A stretch of DNA of 64,000 nucleotides from Callorhinchus milii (taxonomy: Eukaryota), in NCBI RefSeq assembly GCF_018977255.1, contig NW_024704742.1, positions 103,542,001 to 103,606,000 on the forward strand. Reading direction: 5' to 3'. The notes under the pieces were generated by a model that worked only from the letters and a program-made list of their open reading frames with translations, was not told the origin of the DNA and did not search any database. Positions 24,590 through 36,379 of the stretch are shown here, one piece after another. The translations under genes were made by a program, and so were the position numbers. Every line of letters starts with the position of its first letter. Within the stretch, counting starts at the first letter, position 1.

Positions 24590-24749
24590 CTTGTGTCCAC
24601 CAGGATCTGGACTGAGACTTGACAAATTCATTTAAGTCTTCCACAATCCAAAAGGAGATGAGACATTGATCAGATTGGTCTGGACTGGATTTGAGTCCAG
24701 TTTTCAGAGGGGAAAGGACAATATTATACTCACTGCACCACCAGTCTTC
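24590..24749 (-). mobile_element. LF-SINE-like 5' fragment
   Basis: Reverse complement GACTGGTGGTGCAGTG..CCTTTCCCCTCTG..ACTGGACTCAAATCCAGTCCAG..AAATGAATTTG..GTCTCAGTCCAGATCCTGGTGGACA resembles the remembered LF-SINE 5' region. Confidence 0.55.
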
Positions 24750-25409
24750 AACTAGTAATTATGCAAATAAATAAGGCTTTATTATATCTTTGGATTATCA
24801 AGTGCACGCTCTCTTACTTGGAGTGCCACTTGAAATGTATTAATATTCCATGGTAACGGTGCACACCTAGCTAGATCTCTGGACTGTGACAGGTCCTGGT
24901 CTGTCTCCATGGTAGCAAGTATTCACTTTATAAAACAATGTTAAGTAATATATTTCAAAAGACATAGAACAAGCAACTGCTGAGCAGAGTTCAAAGCCCA
25001 CAAAAGCCAAACCTACATTGGCATCCGTGCACAAATGCATTGCTTCAGTTATTGTGCCCCCTGGGTGCACTCTAAGCTCTGCCTATATTACCTGTATGTC
25101 AGTATTATTTAATATAAATAGTTAGTTGTATACATTATTGAAAATTATTGCAGTTACCTTTCAACACAAATTGCTCTGTGCAATATGGGAAATATTCACA
25201 AGTCCATTTCCAAGGTCAGGTTTCCCATTAAAGGATACTGTGAGTGAAAAGGGGAAAGAGTTCATCTTTGCAACAGATACAATTGAGATCTCAGAGCCCT
25301 GAAATTTCTCACTTTTAAAGAAATAGTCTTAACATTTAAAATCAGGCATGATTTTGGGGAAAAAATAAATTCAGTCTCAATTGGGATGATTCTTTTTCAC
25401 AATTGAGGA

Positions 25410-25697
25410 AACTGGGTTTATGTTTTCTTACTTCACATGCCTCTGTTTACCTTGTAGTAAGTAGAAACCCAGTTGTTACTCGATTGGCAGATCACTTTTC
25501 AGGGGGTAATAATCACTTCCAAAAAAAATGTGGTCACTCAATCCACGACTGTTTGTGGGACACTGCTGTGCCCAATTGGCAGCCGTGTTTCACCCACAAA
25601 ATGTAGTCAATTCATTTTACAGTATATTTTGTGAAGAGCTTTGAGGAGTCTAGAAGATGTGATAAAGTGCTATATCAAATGCAATGATTATTATTAA
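25410..25697 (+). mobile_element. tRNA-Ala CORE-type SINE, long form, head missing
   Basis: GCCTCTGTTTACC..AGTAAGTAGAAACCC internal segment, body and tail. Confidence 0.82.
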
Positions 25698-25799
25698 TAT
25701 TGTAAGATACAGCCATTAACCCTTTTGGGAGCTGGCAGAAATATTTGGTTAAGAATAAGCAGAGAACCTGATGAGGCAGTAATCAGAATTTCTTTTATT

Positions 25800-26605
25800 A
25801 ATAATAATAATCCTTGTATTTGATATAGAGCCTTATCAGGTCAGAAGGACAACTTAAAGTGCTTCACAGGAATTACTGTGAAATGGATTGGCTGTACATT
25901 TGTAGGCAAACACGGCAGCACAATTGAGCACAGGAATGTCCATGAAATACAATTTTGTGGGGGGATTGTTGGCCAGGATACCAGGAGAAATTACCTTCTC
26001 TTTTTGAATAGTGCTATGGGATCTTTAATGTCTTTAACATCGATTTCAAGATCCTCACACTCATGTTCAAATCCATTCACTCCCAGGCACCTCCCTACCT
26101 CTCCGACCTCCTCACTCCCCAATCCACCACCCGGCGCCTCCGCTCAACTGGCATCGGCCTCTTGCTCATCCCCGCAGCCTCTGCCCCACCATTACAGGTC
26201 ATGCTTTCAGCCACTATGCCCAAAAACCCTGAAACACACTCCCTCAATCCCTCCGCCTTGTCCCCTCTCTCCCATCTTTCAAGTCCCGCCTGAAAACTTT
26301 CCTCTTCGACCATGCTTACAGCCATCTCCTCCCTCCCCCGACTTGAGGTCACTGTTAAACGCTCTGAGATGTTATTCTGCTTGGAGTGCACTATATAAGT
26401 GCAAGTTGTTGTTATAACATCCACCTGAACAGGCAGACGAGACCTCTGCATTTTATATATTATCTGAAGGATATCACTTCCAACAACACAACACACTCCA
26501 GCACTGCATTGGAGTGTCAGCTTAGATTATGTGAGTCCCGACGTGCAATTTGAACCCACAATCTCTGACTCAGAGGTGAGAATGCTACCACTGAGCCAAG
26601 TTGAC
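25800..26605 (-). mobile_element. DeuSINE split by an L2 insertion
   Basis: Tail and Deu half at 25800-26035 (GGCCAGGATACCAGGAGAA..GGGATCTTTAATGTC); head half at 26415-26605 (CATCCACCTGAACAGGCAGAC..TTTGAACCCACAA..CTGACTCAG..ACTGAGCCA). Confidence 0.75.
26040..26412 (+). mobile_element. L2 LINE 3' fragment nested in DeuSINE
   Basis: DFKILTLMFKSIH..APPYLSDLL; GCAAGTTGTTGTT tail. Confidence 0.88.
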
Positions 26606-26676
26606 ACATGCAGTGGATTATGGCATTCTAGTGTTATGTCATAACATTTGGAAATGCCCAACAACAACAATTTAGA

Positions 26677-27039
26677 ATAATAATAATCCTTACATTTTAT
26701 ATAGAGCCTTATCACATTTTCGAGATGTCTCAAAACACTTCACAGAATTGACTGATTATTTTGTGGGTGAAACGCGGCAGTCAGTTGCACACAGCAGTGT
26801 CCCACAAACAATTGTGGATTGAGTGACCAAATTATTATTTTTTTAAAAAACCTTTAAAGGAAAACAGCCCTGGAAAAGCGATCCGCCAATCAACTAATAA
26901 CCAGGTTCCTACTTGCTGCTAGGTAAACAGAGGCAAGTGGAGTAAGAAAACTTGCTTAACATTTCGCCCTGCCCAGGAATCAAATCCAGGTCCTCTCGGT
27001 TGCAAGTCGAGTACTCTAACCACTATGCTACAGGACTCC
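26677..27039 (-). mobile_element. tRNA-Ala CORE-type SINE, long form, full length
   Basis: GGAGTCCTGTAGCATAGTGGTTAGAGTACTCG head, internal segment, (TTA)n tail. Confidence 0.9.
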
Positions 27040-28171
27040 ACTCCAACTTGCGTCCTTCACGTTGGGTAGCATCTCTGAATGCTGGAGATCAAAGCTACAC
27101 TTGAGATCAAAGGTACACATTCTCCACATGGTAAACATCTAGTCTCAGCCTAAGCTGTTTGAGGAGACAGTGACCTTGTGTGAGACGAATAAGAAAGATA
27201 ATGTGAAAATCATCAGAAGTTAAATTGTGTCGCTACCTCTCTCCAAAGGCAGATGTTACCAGCCTCATAAAAAAAAGGGGTAATCTAGCAACATACTGCT
27301 ACCTATTGTCTCAGCCAAAGAAAAATGAATGGACTGCGGGGAAGCATGAAAGTACAATTTCGATCCCGAGGCTCACATTTCTCAGTGTTAATGTTCAGGC
27401 CACTGATTTAACATTCAAGAAGACAAAAATTGAAAATGTCTTGAATTCAGATCAACTTTGGAAGTTGGTTTCAATTAAACATTTTCCTACGTTCTGCACA
27501 ATCATAAATGTTAAGACAATTGTCTTGAGGCTAAAAATATGCAAAATTCCAGGCCTCTGATTCTTTTTCTTAAAACTAAACCCTATTTCAGTAAAAGACC
27601 AGTAATTTTAGGAGCTCCATTCATAAACAATGGAGCAGCATATTCCAAGTGACATACAAATAGCAGTCAGACTAAAGAATTTTCACATGTAATACAATTT
27701 ACATTTATATAGCTCCTTTTACATTGGATGGATATCTCAAAGTGCATTTACATGAAAGATAAAGAACCAGAGATGTGAAGTGCTTAATATAAATCATCAA
27801 GTCAATGAAAACCATCCAGTGAAGCAAAAGATCATATATTCAAAAGATCTTGGACACTGTACTTGAATCAATGTTGCTAAGCATAACCCACCCACTACAT
27901 GAATTGTCTTGAAAACTCCCTTCAGTGAGTACACAGAACAACTACTGTAGCATCTCATTGAAATAAATTTCACTGAGATGTGCTCTGACAACCCAATGAG
28001 CAATGCCTGAAGCCTGAACGGTTAGATACACCCTGCTGGTTTCTCAGAAAAGGAAAGAATAAAGGCTTCAGGCTGGGTAAGAAATGGCACACTGTCCAAT
28101 TCCATATTTCATTGATTAATATTGCTCAGAATATTTTAAACTCAGAGATCATTGAGCTGATGATATGTTTG

Positions 28172-28195
28172 GTGTGTGTGTGTGTGTATGTGTGT
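28172..28195. repeat. (TG)n microsatellite
   Basis: GTGTGTGTGTGTGTGTATGTGTGT. Confidence 0.9.
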
Positions 28196-29919
28196 AGTAG
28201 TGGGGAGGAATGAGAAGGCTGTGAACTCTTCAACCCAAAAGTGATTGCCATCATGCAGCCCACCTGCATTACCTTATATTGCACAAAAATCATCAGCGCA
28301 TAGGCTTGAAATGCAAGTGCTTCCTAATATCCCAACAGCAGGTTAAAAGACTTATTTCTACACAATACTCTCTGCAGTCACAGTTCTGGTGCGCGACAAG
28401 GATTATTTCAAAGACAAAAATGAGTTATCACAGATAACAGTCTTTCCAATCAGCATCTAGTACTGTGAGAGCCAGCACTAGTTTGAGTAAACCAGCTGTA
28501 GTCCATAAATTTATGTAATATAAAGTATACTAGCAGCATATATTAACTAGGTGTTATCAATGTGGCATCACACAGCCTTAAGCTTCCCATCATCACTAGA
28601 TCAGCTCATTATCATTTTTCAATGCTCCCCAGACAATAATTGTAGTTGGGACATATGTTTATGTGATGCAATAAAAATATATATTTATAATTTCACTATC
28701 TGTATCATGGTAACACAGCCTTCCATAAAAACATGGGAATTCACACCACCCCTAAAAAAGCATCGTGATACATTTAGCCTGCCTCAAAGTCCAATAAATA
28801 ATCCTACAATTTCACTTGAATTCAGTTACTCAACTGACCACATTTGCTTTTATCAATTGGGGTCTGATACATTTAAGACTGATCACCCACAAACCCATGA
28901 GAGTTTTACCTTGCAGGGTCTGTCATCAACATTGCCTGTTCCTCAATCAATTTCTACACTAAAATAGCCATTTTCTTGACTTTGGTGACTCCATCCGTCT
29001 GCACCTCCTCCTTAGTTTGGTCTGTTTCCCATCTTCACCGCTCTCTGTATAAACTAATTGAATTTGAATGGTACGCTCACGTTCCTTCTTCTGAGTTTCA
29101 GCATGAGTGACCTGCTTATTCTGTGTTTTGAGTGTGTTAAACTTTCAAGTTGTGAGTGAATGCTGCTTGGTCTTTGCCTTGCTGAAAATAAAAACAACTG
29201 AAAAAATTGCTAATGAGACCAACAGATGGTATCACATTACATTCATGCTGTTCATGCACAAAGGTTGAGCACGAATACTTACTATAGTTGGGACTATTTT
29301 GTAGGTTGTGTTAACCATGTGTAAATATTGTGGAATCAGGAGATTACAGGTTCCTTAATTATACAATCACAATGAAAAGTACAGACTGACTAGTAATCCA
29401 TTATATAATTCAGGTTTTACACACCAGTAGCACAACCCACAAATTAACTTTAGTCATATTTATCATCTCATTATTAATTCATATGTGAAAATAAAATTTA
29501 CTGAAAAATAAGCTTTGAGAAATGACATAAAACTTTGCGGACATGAAAGTGTCCTATTTAAACAGTCTTTTGAAATAGCAAAACCAGTGGTTTCAGATAG
29601 TAATGTTTGCTTAACTTAAATTATTTTCCTTCCTGATATTTTGATTTGTGTGTAATATCAATATACCTTTTCTTCAAAGCTGAAGTGTTCCATCAACAAT
29701 ATTAATGCAGCACCTTTCATGTAGGATAACGTCTTTAAGCACCTTACAGCAACTGAGTTTTGAGCAGGGTGAGAGTTTGTGGCATAAGAGGGAGATAACC
29801 AAAGATGTGGAATGCTCTACCCAGAAAGCTGCAGGGGATGGAATCGATAGAAACGTCTAAAAGAGAGGAGGACAGATATTTGGTAATTAAGAGATGTGGT
29901 GACAGGGAAGAGTATTGGG

Positions 29920-30180
29920 ATTAATAAAAACCTTATCAAATTCTTTGAAAATGTAACCAATAAAGCAGATGAGGGAAATGCAGTGGATGTGGTGTATCTG
30001 GATTTCCAGAAGGTCTTTGATAAAATACCGCAAGAGAGGCTCACAACTAAAAATAGGAATATGTGGAATTGTGGGCGAGATAGCAAAATAGATTAAATAA
30101 TGGCTTGGAAACTAAAACCAAAGGATAGGATTTAAGGGTATCTTCTTGGGCTGAAAAGAATGAAGAAGTTGTGTTCCGTT
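29920..30180 (+). mobile_element. CR1 RT fragment
   Basis: NLIKFFENVTNKADEGNAVDVVYLDFQKVFDKIP, the CR1 RT motif (YLDFxKAFD). Confidence 0.88.
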
Positions 30181-31449
30181 TTGAGATGTTTGACATTATA
30201 GAAATTACATCAATTGCAAGAAATGTGCAAATTACTTATTACTATACTTAGTTCATTTTAAAAACATTTTATAGTTCCTTGTTGTATCACCTGTATCCAT
30301 AGTTTGGTACATATTTGTTCACCAATTGTTGAGCTATTCTTTCTTGTTCTAGACATTACATTATTTTCAGTTATTCTGTCCATTTTTACCAGTTGTTGAA
30401 TTCTTTCTCAAACCATTGGTGACTAAGACATCACTGGGAGATGATCTTAGAGGAAAGAATTATTAAACCCAATTGTGAGGTAGCTGAATTAACAGTGAGA
30501 AGAATGATTTACTAATGTTAATTCAGTTACAAGGTTCATTCATTTGATTCATTCAAATACAAATTAGATAGATATTTTTTAGAAAATAATATTTTGGGAT
30601 AAAGTTTATGAGCAATTTGAGACATGACATATAGTAAGTGTAGTATTCTTTGAAGAACCAGGCAACTTTGGATATATGGTTCCCAAAGCTTTCCACTCTG
30701 TTGTAGACTAATCCATCAACAAGGATGCATAATGATTCTGCATCAGGTGGTATGTTAATTCAACTCTCAGTCTGTTCAGGAACTGTTCTTTAGTTAGCAG
30801 TCCTGATGTCAGTAGCATTCACAGGTCCAACAAAAATATTGAAAACAAGTGAGTGAAATGGACAGAACAGAATAAAACATGCCTGTGTTAATCATAATCA
30901 CTGTACTTGAAACATTGACTGCTTGAATTGAGTTCTGATAGTGATAATTAATTTACATGAGAACGTTTGTATATTGAGAGAAATATTATGTTTGTAGCCT
31001 TCAACATGTCCTTCAGTCACAGGACAAGGATCTGGCTGGCAGAATGAGCTGCAATATTGGTAGCTAATCATATAATTGTATCTGCAAGCAAATCATGCAA
31101 GCAGTGCCTTCAGTCACACAGATACACATTAAGGGAACTTGCCTTCCCACTGGAAATAACAGAAAGATATCACTGTGAGCAAGATGTTACCCAAGCCATT
31201 GGAATCACACAATGATGAATAATTTAAATGTTACTGAAAAATATTTCAATGTGCCTCATTAGAAAATGTGCATTGAATTTATAGAAACAGCCTCATTTGC
31301 CTGGGGATTGAAGTCGGTCTCAACAAGGTTGAATTTCAGTAGATTTACACTTATCTTACTGTGGAGTGTAAGGATCCTATAAATCACAGACTGTATGGAA
31401 TCTAATAGTTGCTTAGCTGGGGGGGTCCATACAAATCATAGCATCTTAG

Positions 31450-31775
31450 AATATTAGAATTATACAGCACAGACGGAGGCCATTTGGCCCATCTTGTCTA
31501 TGCCGGCTAAGGAAAAGAACTATCCAAGTCAGTCCTACTCCCCCGCTCTCTCCCCGTAGCCTTGCAAACTTGTTCTCCCCAAATAATTATCTACTTCTAC
31601 CTTAAAATGTATTATCGAATCGGCTTCCACCACCCTTTCAGGCAATGCATTCCAGATCCGAACAACTCGCTGCGTGAAAACATTTCTCCTCACCTCCCCT
31701 TTGAATTTTTTTAACAACCCACCCACCAGTGGAAATAGTTCCTCCGTGTTCACCCTATCGAATCCCCTCATAATG
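31450..31775 (-). mobile_element. CR1 LINE 3' end
   Basis: MRGFDRVN.EELFPL..FTQRVVRIWNALPERVVEADS; 3' UTR GATGGGCCAAATGGCCTCC with ATTCT-type tail. Confidence 0.9.
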
Positions 31776-32279
31776 TTTACCAGTCTGTCTATGTCCTCTT
31801 GAAGTCTGTAAATGTTATTTATTATTCAAGGAAGGCAACCGGTCAAGCATAGAAAGGACAAATATAAAATCAGATTGGTTACTCAGGAGGTTGCTTGATT
31901 TATCTTTTTGATTTGGGGTGAAACTTCACACAAGAGCTTGAATGACTTGAAATGTGTTTCTTGAACTGTAACAGTTAACTTGTTTAACCCCAGCTACAGG
32001 TCCCCACACCCACACACGCAGATCCTTGCCCTCTGCACGTCCTTCCAAACGTGAAAGGCGCTATATAAATGTAAATTTGTATTCTATTGTATTTGTTCCT
32101 TTCTTAGTAATGTTACTCCTTTTGGTTTTCCCACAAGTTTAATGCCTTAAGCTAAATAATCTTCTAATGTCTGGCAGTATTGTTGATTGATAACGGAGTT
32201 GCCTATCCTCTCACTTTTTTTGTTATTTTCTTTCTTTCCTTCAATCTCCATGGCTAGAAGCACCACCAATGGCACGCTA

Positions 32280-32520
32280 GGCCATACACGTCAAGAGTTA
32301 CAAATATCAGTCCGAGTTGAGCTAGTTGATCTCAACCAGAGTGCTATAGTTGTCCTCGGTCCCCCTTGATTGGGGAGAGAAAAATGAACCTTGGTTCCTG
32401 CTCATGATCATGATGCAAAGTCTTCGTGCTGAAAGGTGCACTCGGGTGGATGTTGGTGAGAACAGAATAAGGCTTGACTGTGATGGCTCCTGTGGCTTAA
32501 TGGCTCAGTAACACTTGCTA
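32280..32520 (+). mobile_element. AmnSINE2-like SINE relic
   Basis: GAGCTAGTTGATCTCAACC..GGGGAGAGAAAAA..GGTTCCTGCTCATGATC..GTGGATGTTGGTGAGAACAGAAT..GACTGTGATG resembles the remembered AmnSINE2 consensus; smaller pieces near 39290-39390, 54080-54230 and 63410-63590. Confidence 0.55.
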
Positions 32521-32534
32521 TTAATGCTCAGATA

Positions 32535-33262
32535 ACAACAATAATAATTCTTGCATTTGATGGATCGCCTAATCACATCAAAATGTCTCAAAGCGTTTCA
32601 CAAAATCTTCGGCAAACCACAGTGATTGTACTTTTGTAGGCAAACACAACAGCCAAATTACACACAGCAGTATCTCTCAAACAGCCATGAAGTGGATGAT
32701 CAATTTATCTGAAGGATTGCTGGCTAGGATACCGAAAGAAATTCCCTTCTCTTTTTGAATAGCAGCATGGAATCTTTAGTGTCCATCTAAAACAGGCAAC
32801 AACAACAATAACAAAATGACATTAGTATAGCGCGTTTCACGTCAGGAGAAGGTCCCAAAGCCCTGGGCAATCAGTGTTTTGGACCCAACCTGGGGGTCGG
32901 GATCGGGAAGGGTAAAGGGCAGGGGGTGAAGGAGCATGACCGAAGGCACGGTCGAAGAGGAGGGTCTTGAGATCGGTCTTGAAGAAGGCAAGGGAGGGTG
33001 AGGTGGAGGGACTGCGGGATGGAGTTCCAGAAGGTGGGGGCAGAGTGGTTGAAGGCCTGCCTGCCAAAAGTGGGGAGGGTGAGGTGGAGGACATGAAGCA
33101 GGCCGGAGTCCGCTGAGCGGAGCGAGCGGGCAAGTTGGTAGGGGGTTAGAAGGTTGCAGAGATAGGCAGATGGTTTGATATGTCATCTAAAGGCCGGGCT
33201 TCTGACAATGCAGCAAAACCTTCAGACTCAGAGACGAGAATGCGGCCAACTGAGCCAGGTTG
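32535..33262 (-). mobile_element. DeuSINE split by an L2 insertion
   Basis: Tail and Deu half at 32535-32797; head half at 33166-33262 (CAGACTCAGAG..CCAACTGAGCCA). Confidence 0.7.
32798..33165 (-). mobile_element. L2 LINE 3' fragment nested in DeuSINE
   Basis: FKTDLKTLLFDRAF motif; GGGACCTTCTCCTGACGTGAAA stem-loop and (TTG)n tail. Confidence 0.88.
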
Positions 33263-33619
33263 AAAAAATATGATTAATGGACACTTTAGCAAAGTATCTG
33301 AGAGAACCCAGCACTCATTGCAAAGGTTCCAATAAAAGGGAAAATAAGTCAAAACACCTTCAGGAAAGGGAAAATGAGAGAAGCGAAAATTGGAAGAGAC
33401 AAAAGTCACTTGCGTGCAATGATCCATTCCTTGTTTGAGAGGTCAGGCAGGTTTCCATTCGGGCAACAATACTATTCTTAAATTGGTTTCTATCAGATGG
33501 ATGTTGAAGAACAAGTAACTGATCTATGTTGTTATCTTCCTTCCTCCAGGGAAGAATCCCTGTTCTTCAATTACAATGAACATTTCTCCCACAGAAGCCT
33601 GTTTATAGGTATTTGTCTT

Positions 33620-33790
33620 AAATTTTAAGATCTTGGAGGATTTTGGAAATTTCTTACATTCGGTCTTAATTTGAAAGCTGGATTTCTGTAGTTCTTTTTC
33701 AGAACTGCAGAAAGACACTTCCAAATTAAAACTGAATTTAAACCAAGTCCAAAATTCCGCACAAACTTAATAAGGGAATAATCTTAAAGC
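33620..33790. mobile_element. Palindromic MITE remnant
   Basis: Internal symmetry (ATTCGGTCTTAATTTGAAAG ... CTTTCCAAATTAAAACTGAAT) shared with 53735-54015 and the 4848 family interior. Confidence 0.55.
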
Positions 33791-34389
33791 TAAGGACATG
33801 AGAGGTCCTGAGCCTCTGAGGGATGACATTCAGATGAGTTCCCTGTAATATGAATTTTGAAATTATTTCTTAAAAATATATAATTTGACGATAAAAGTTG
33901 AATCTAATACAAATAATGTGCAGAAGCAGCACTTGCAAGCATTAGAATGGGATAAACTAAAAGGAGGTTAAAAAAAGGAAGTATTTTCATAATGTATAAC
34001 TAAATCATTGTTTATTAATAACTTGTGAATAGTTCAGAATATTTTAGATCTTAATTCACTGAATTTGTTGGCATTTAGAAAGAATAATGCAAATCTTCTA
34101 TTAATTTTTTCCTTTAGATTTGAGTCAGCCAAATTGATGTCATTTCTTTTATTCTTCTTTGTGTAGAGCATTTTTTATGTATTCAAATTAGTGCACCAAA
34201 TTTAAATAAGATATGAGTTGGTGAGTAATTAATATACGATATACTAAAAATAGCAGTGCCTCTTTAACACAGTGCCTCTTTAACACACTACTGTAAATAG
34301 GTGTGCGACTTGAATTATGCATATTGTAAATACAGTAGAGTTATGATTTTATGTATATACAATACAGTACAAAAATGTATTACAAATGT

Positions 34390-34580
34390 GGGGAGAAATT
34401 CCACCTTTGTCTAGATTTGCTGTATGTATGTAACATTTCAGAATATCCAAAATTTGGCAAATTCTAAATACAACCTGTATATAATACAAGCTGGTTTTCT
34501 GTAACTTCTTTTAAGAACTACATAAAACCAAGTTCAAAGTTATGAATGAACTTAACAATCTAGATCCAAGTGGAATTTCT
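34390..34580. mobile_element. Palindromic MITE (GGGGAGAAATT family)
   Basis: GGGGAGAAATTCCACCTTTGTCTAGATT ... AATCTAGATCCAAGTGGAATTTCT inverted ends. Confidence 0.72.
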
Positions 34581-34689
34581 TGCAACAAGTTGCTGTTTTA
34601 TTCCATATGTGCTGTAAAGAGCTGTATACTGTATAGTGTATGGTTTAATAGAGATATCATTTTAATTAATATGCGCCAATGACCTATTT

Positions 34690-34885
34690 CCCTCACTCTC
34701 CCTCCCTCACCTTATTCAAGGTCCATCTTAAGACCGACCTTTTTAACTATGCTCTTGGTCATTTTTCCTGTCCCCACCCCCTCAGCTCACACCCTCAGAT
34801 CATGTACCAAACAAGGATTCTTAGGTGCCTTGGGACATCCTCCCGATGTGAAAGGCGTTATATAAATGTATATTTGTGTTGAATT
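34690..34885 (+). mobile_element. L2 LINE 3' fragment
   Basis: FKVHLKTDLF; GGGACATCCTCCCGATGTGAAAGGCG tail. Confidence 0.8.
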
Positions 34886-35019
34886 GTTTTGTATTTCTGA
34901 TAAATTTTAGATATCTTTTTGAAATATGGAAACGGAACTGAATATGTGATGTACTAACATTCATTCCATTCCCCATTGTGTTGGCATTTGATGGGTATTA
35001 ATTACATCACCACAATTTT

Positions 35020-35820
35020 GTAAGCGGGGTCTCCTTGGAGCTGAACTGTTGGAATCAAGCCAGCCCTCTGTGGGGGTTGAGGTAGTCCGGTTCCTGAGCC
35101 AGGTGGGTCCGCACCATTCCAGGCCACTGCTGATCACAGCACAGCCAGCCTGGTTTACCAGCAGGACTTGGAAGGGCAGATCAGTCACTGAGGACGGGGA
35201 AATATTCCACTCAACTTGTTAACCCTGCTAGCTAAAGCCCTAAGGGATAGATCGATCTTAGCTGGACAAGGACTGGGAAAGTTTGCCAGACAGTGACATC
35301 CTGGAGTCCTGTAGCTCAGTGGTTAGATCACTCGCTTTGCAAGCGAGAGACCTGGGTTCAATTCCAGGCAGGGCGAAACCTTGGGCAAGTTTCCTTAATC
35401 CACACGCCTAATAATAATCCCTCCAAAAAAAAAAACGAAAACAATAATAAATTGGTCATTTTCAATCCACGACTGTTTGTGGGACATTGCTGTGCGCAAT
35501 TGGCTGCCGCGTTCGCCCACAAATATACAGTCAATTTACTTTACAGTATATTCTGTGAAGCGCTTTGGGACGTCCTCCCGACGTGAAAAGCGCTATATCA
35601 AATGCAAGGATTATTATTATTATTATTATTATTATCAAATGGTAAGCTATGCGGTTTTAGCTGGTTGGACTCCAGCAGTACCTCTGCAACACACACTCTG
35701 AGGTCCCCAACCTTGGCCAGTCAGCCTGCACCTAATATTTTCCGGGATTAGGAAAGCAGGATGTGTGGCTCCAGGGCAAGATTGCACATTCCATTCCAAC
35801 AATCTATCTCTGGAATTACC
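35020..35820. repeat. Unclassified interspersed repeat 'X', copy 2 (opposite orientation to copy 1, split by a SINE)
   Basis: Reverse-complement match to 7765-8225 on both sides of the SINE at 35303-35635. Confidence 0.8.
35303..35635 (+). mobile_element. tRNA-Ala CORE-type SINE, short form, full length, young
   Basis: A box TAGCTCAGTGG, anticodon arm CTCGC-TTTGCAA-GCGAG (TGC = Ala), B box GGTTCAATTCC, CORE-like ACCTTGGGCAAGTT, L2-type tail and (TTA)n. Confidence 0.95.
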
Positions 35821-36379
35821 ATGTGTAGGTGGGATGCATGGAAATCTCAATTTGGTTTGAATACTCTAAGCATGGTGATGGTTTTCCACATGTGTCGGCT
35901 GACCAAAAAAACAAACAAAACAAAACAGTTTAGATTAATTTGACTTCTGGTTTTATGGATAAATATGATTATCGTTTCAATAATCCTTTGTAATATGAAT
36001 TCAATCCCATTGGTGTCATACCAATTGTAGTTTATGATTGCTCTGGTGCATTTGTTTCATATTAATAGAATGTGATAACAATAAAATATGTCTATTATAT
36101 TACTTATGTTTGCAAACTATATTTTGATGTTATATCTGTGTTAAATATATACCCAGAACATTTTTAAGTATGGCTTAATTTAGTTTGGTTATGATTCTTA
36201 TATATAGAAATTAACATTTAAATTACAATTATGTAATGTAATTTAACAGTATTATTAATATTCCCAAGTATAAAATCCTCCAGATCAAATTGTTCTTTCA
36301 TCTCACAGCTGTGAGACATTGCTGTGCTGCCTTGTTCAATTACAAATACAATCATTAAATTTCATAGTAAAATCCTACC

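Noticed and set aside
35303..35375. tRNA-Ala(TGC) gene (also at 55605, 50982, 42989 and 20158)
   Set aside because: D, anticodon and T arms are present, but there is no acceptor-stem 3' half and the sequence runs into the SINE body; these are SINE heads.
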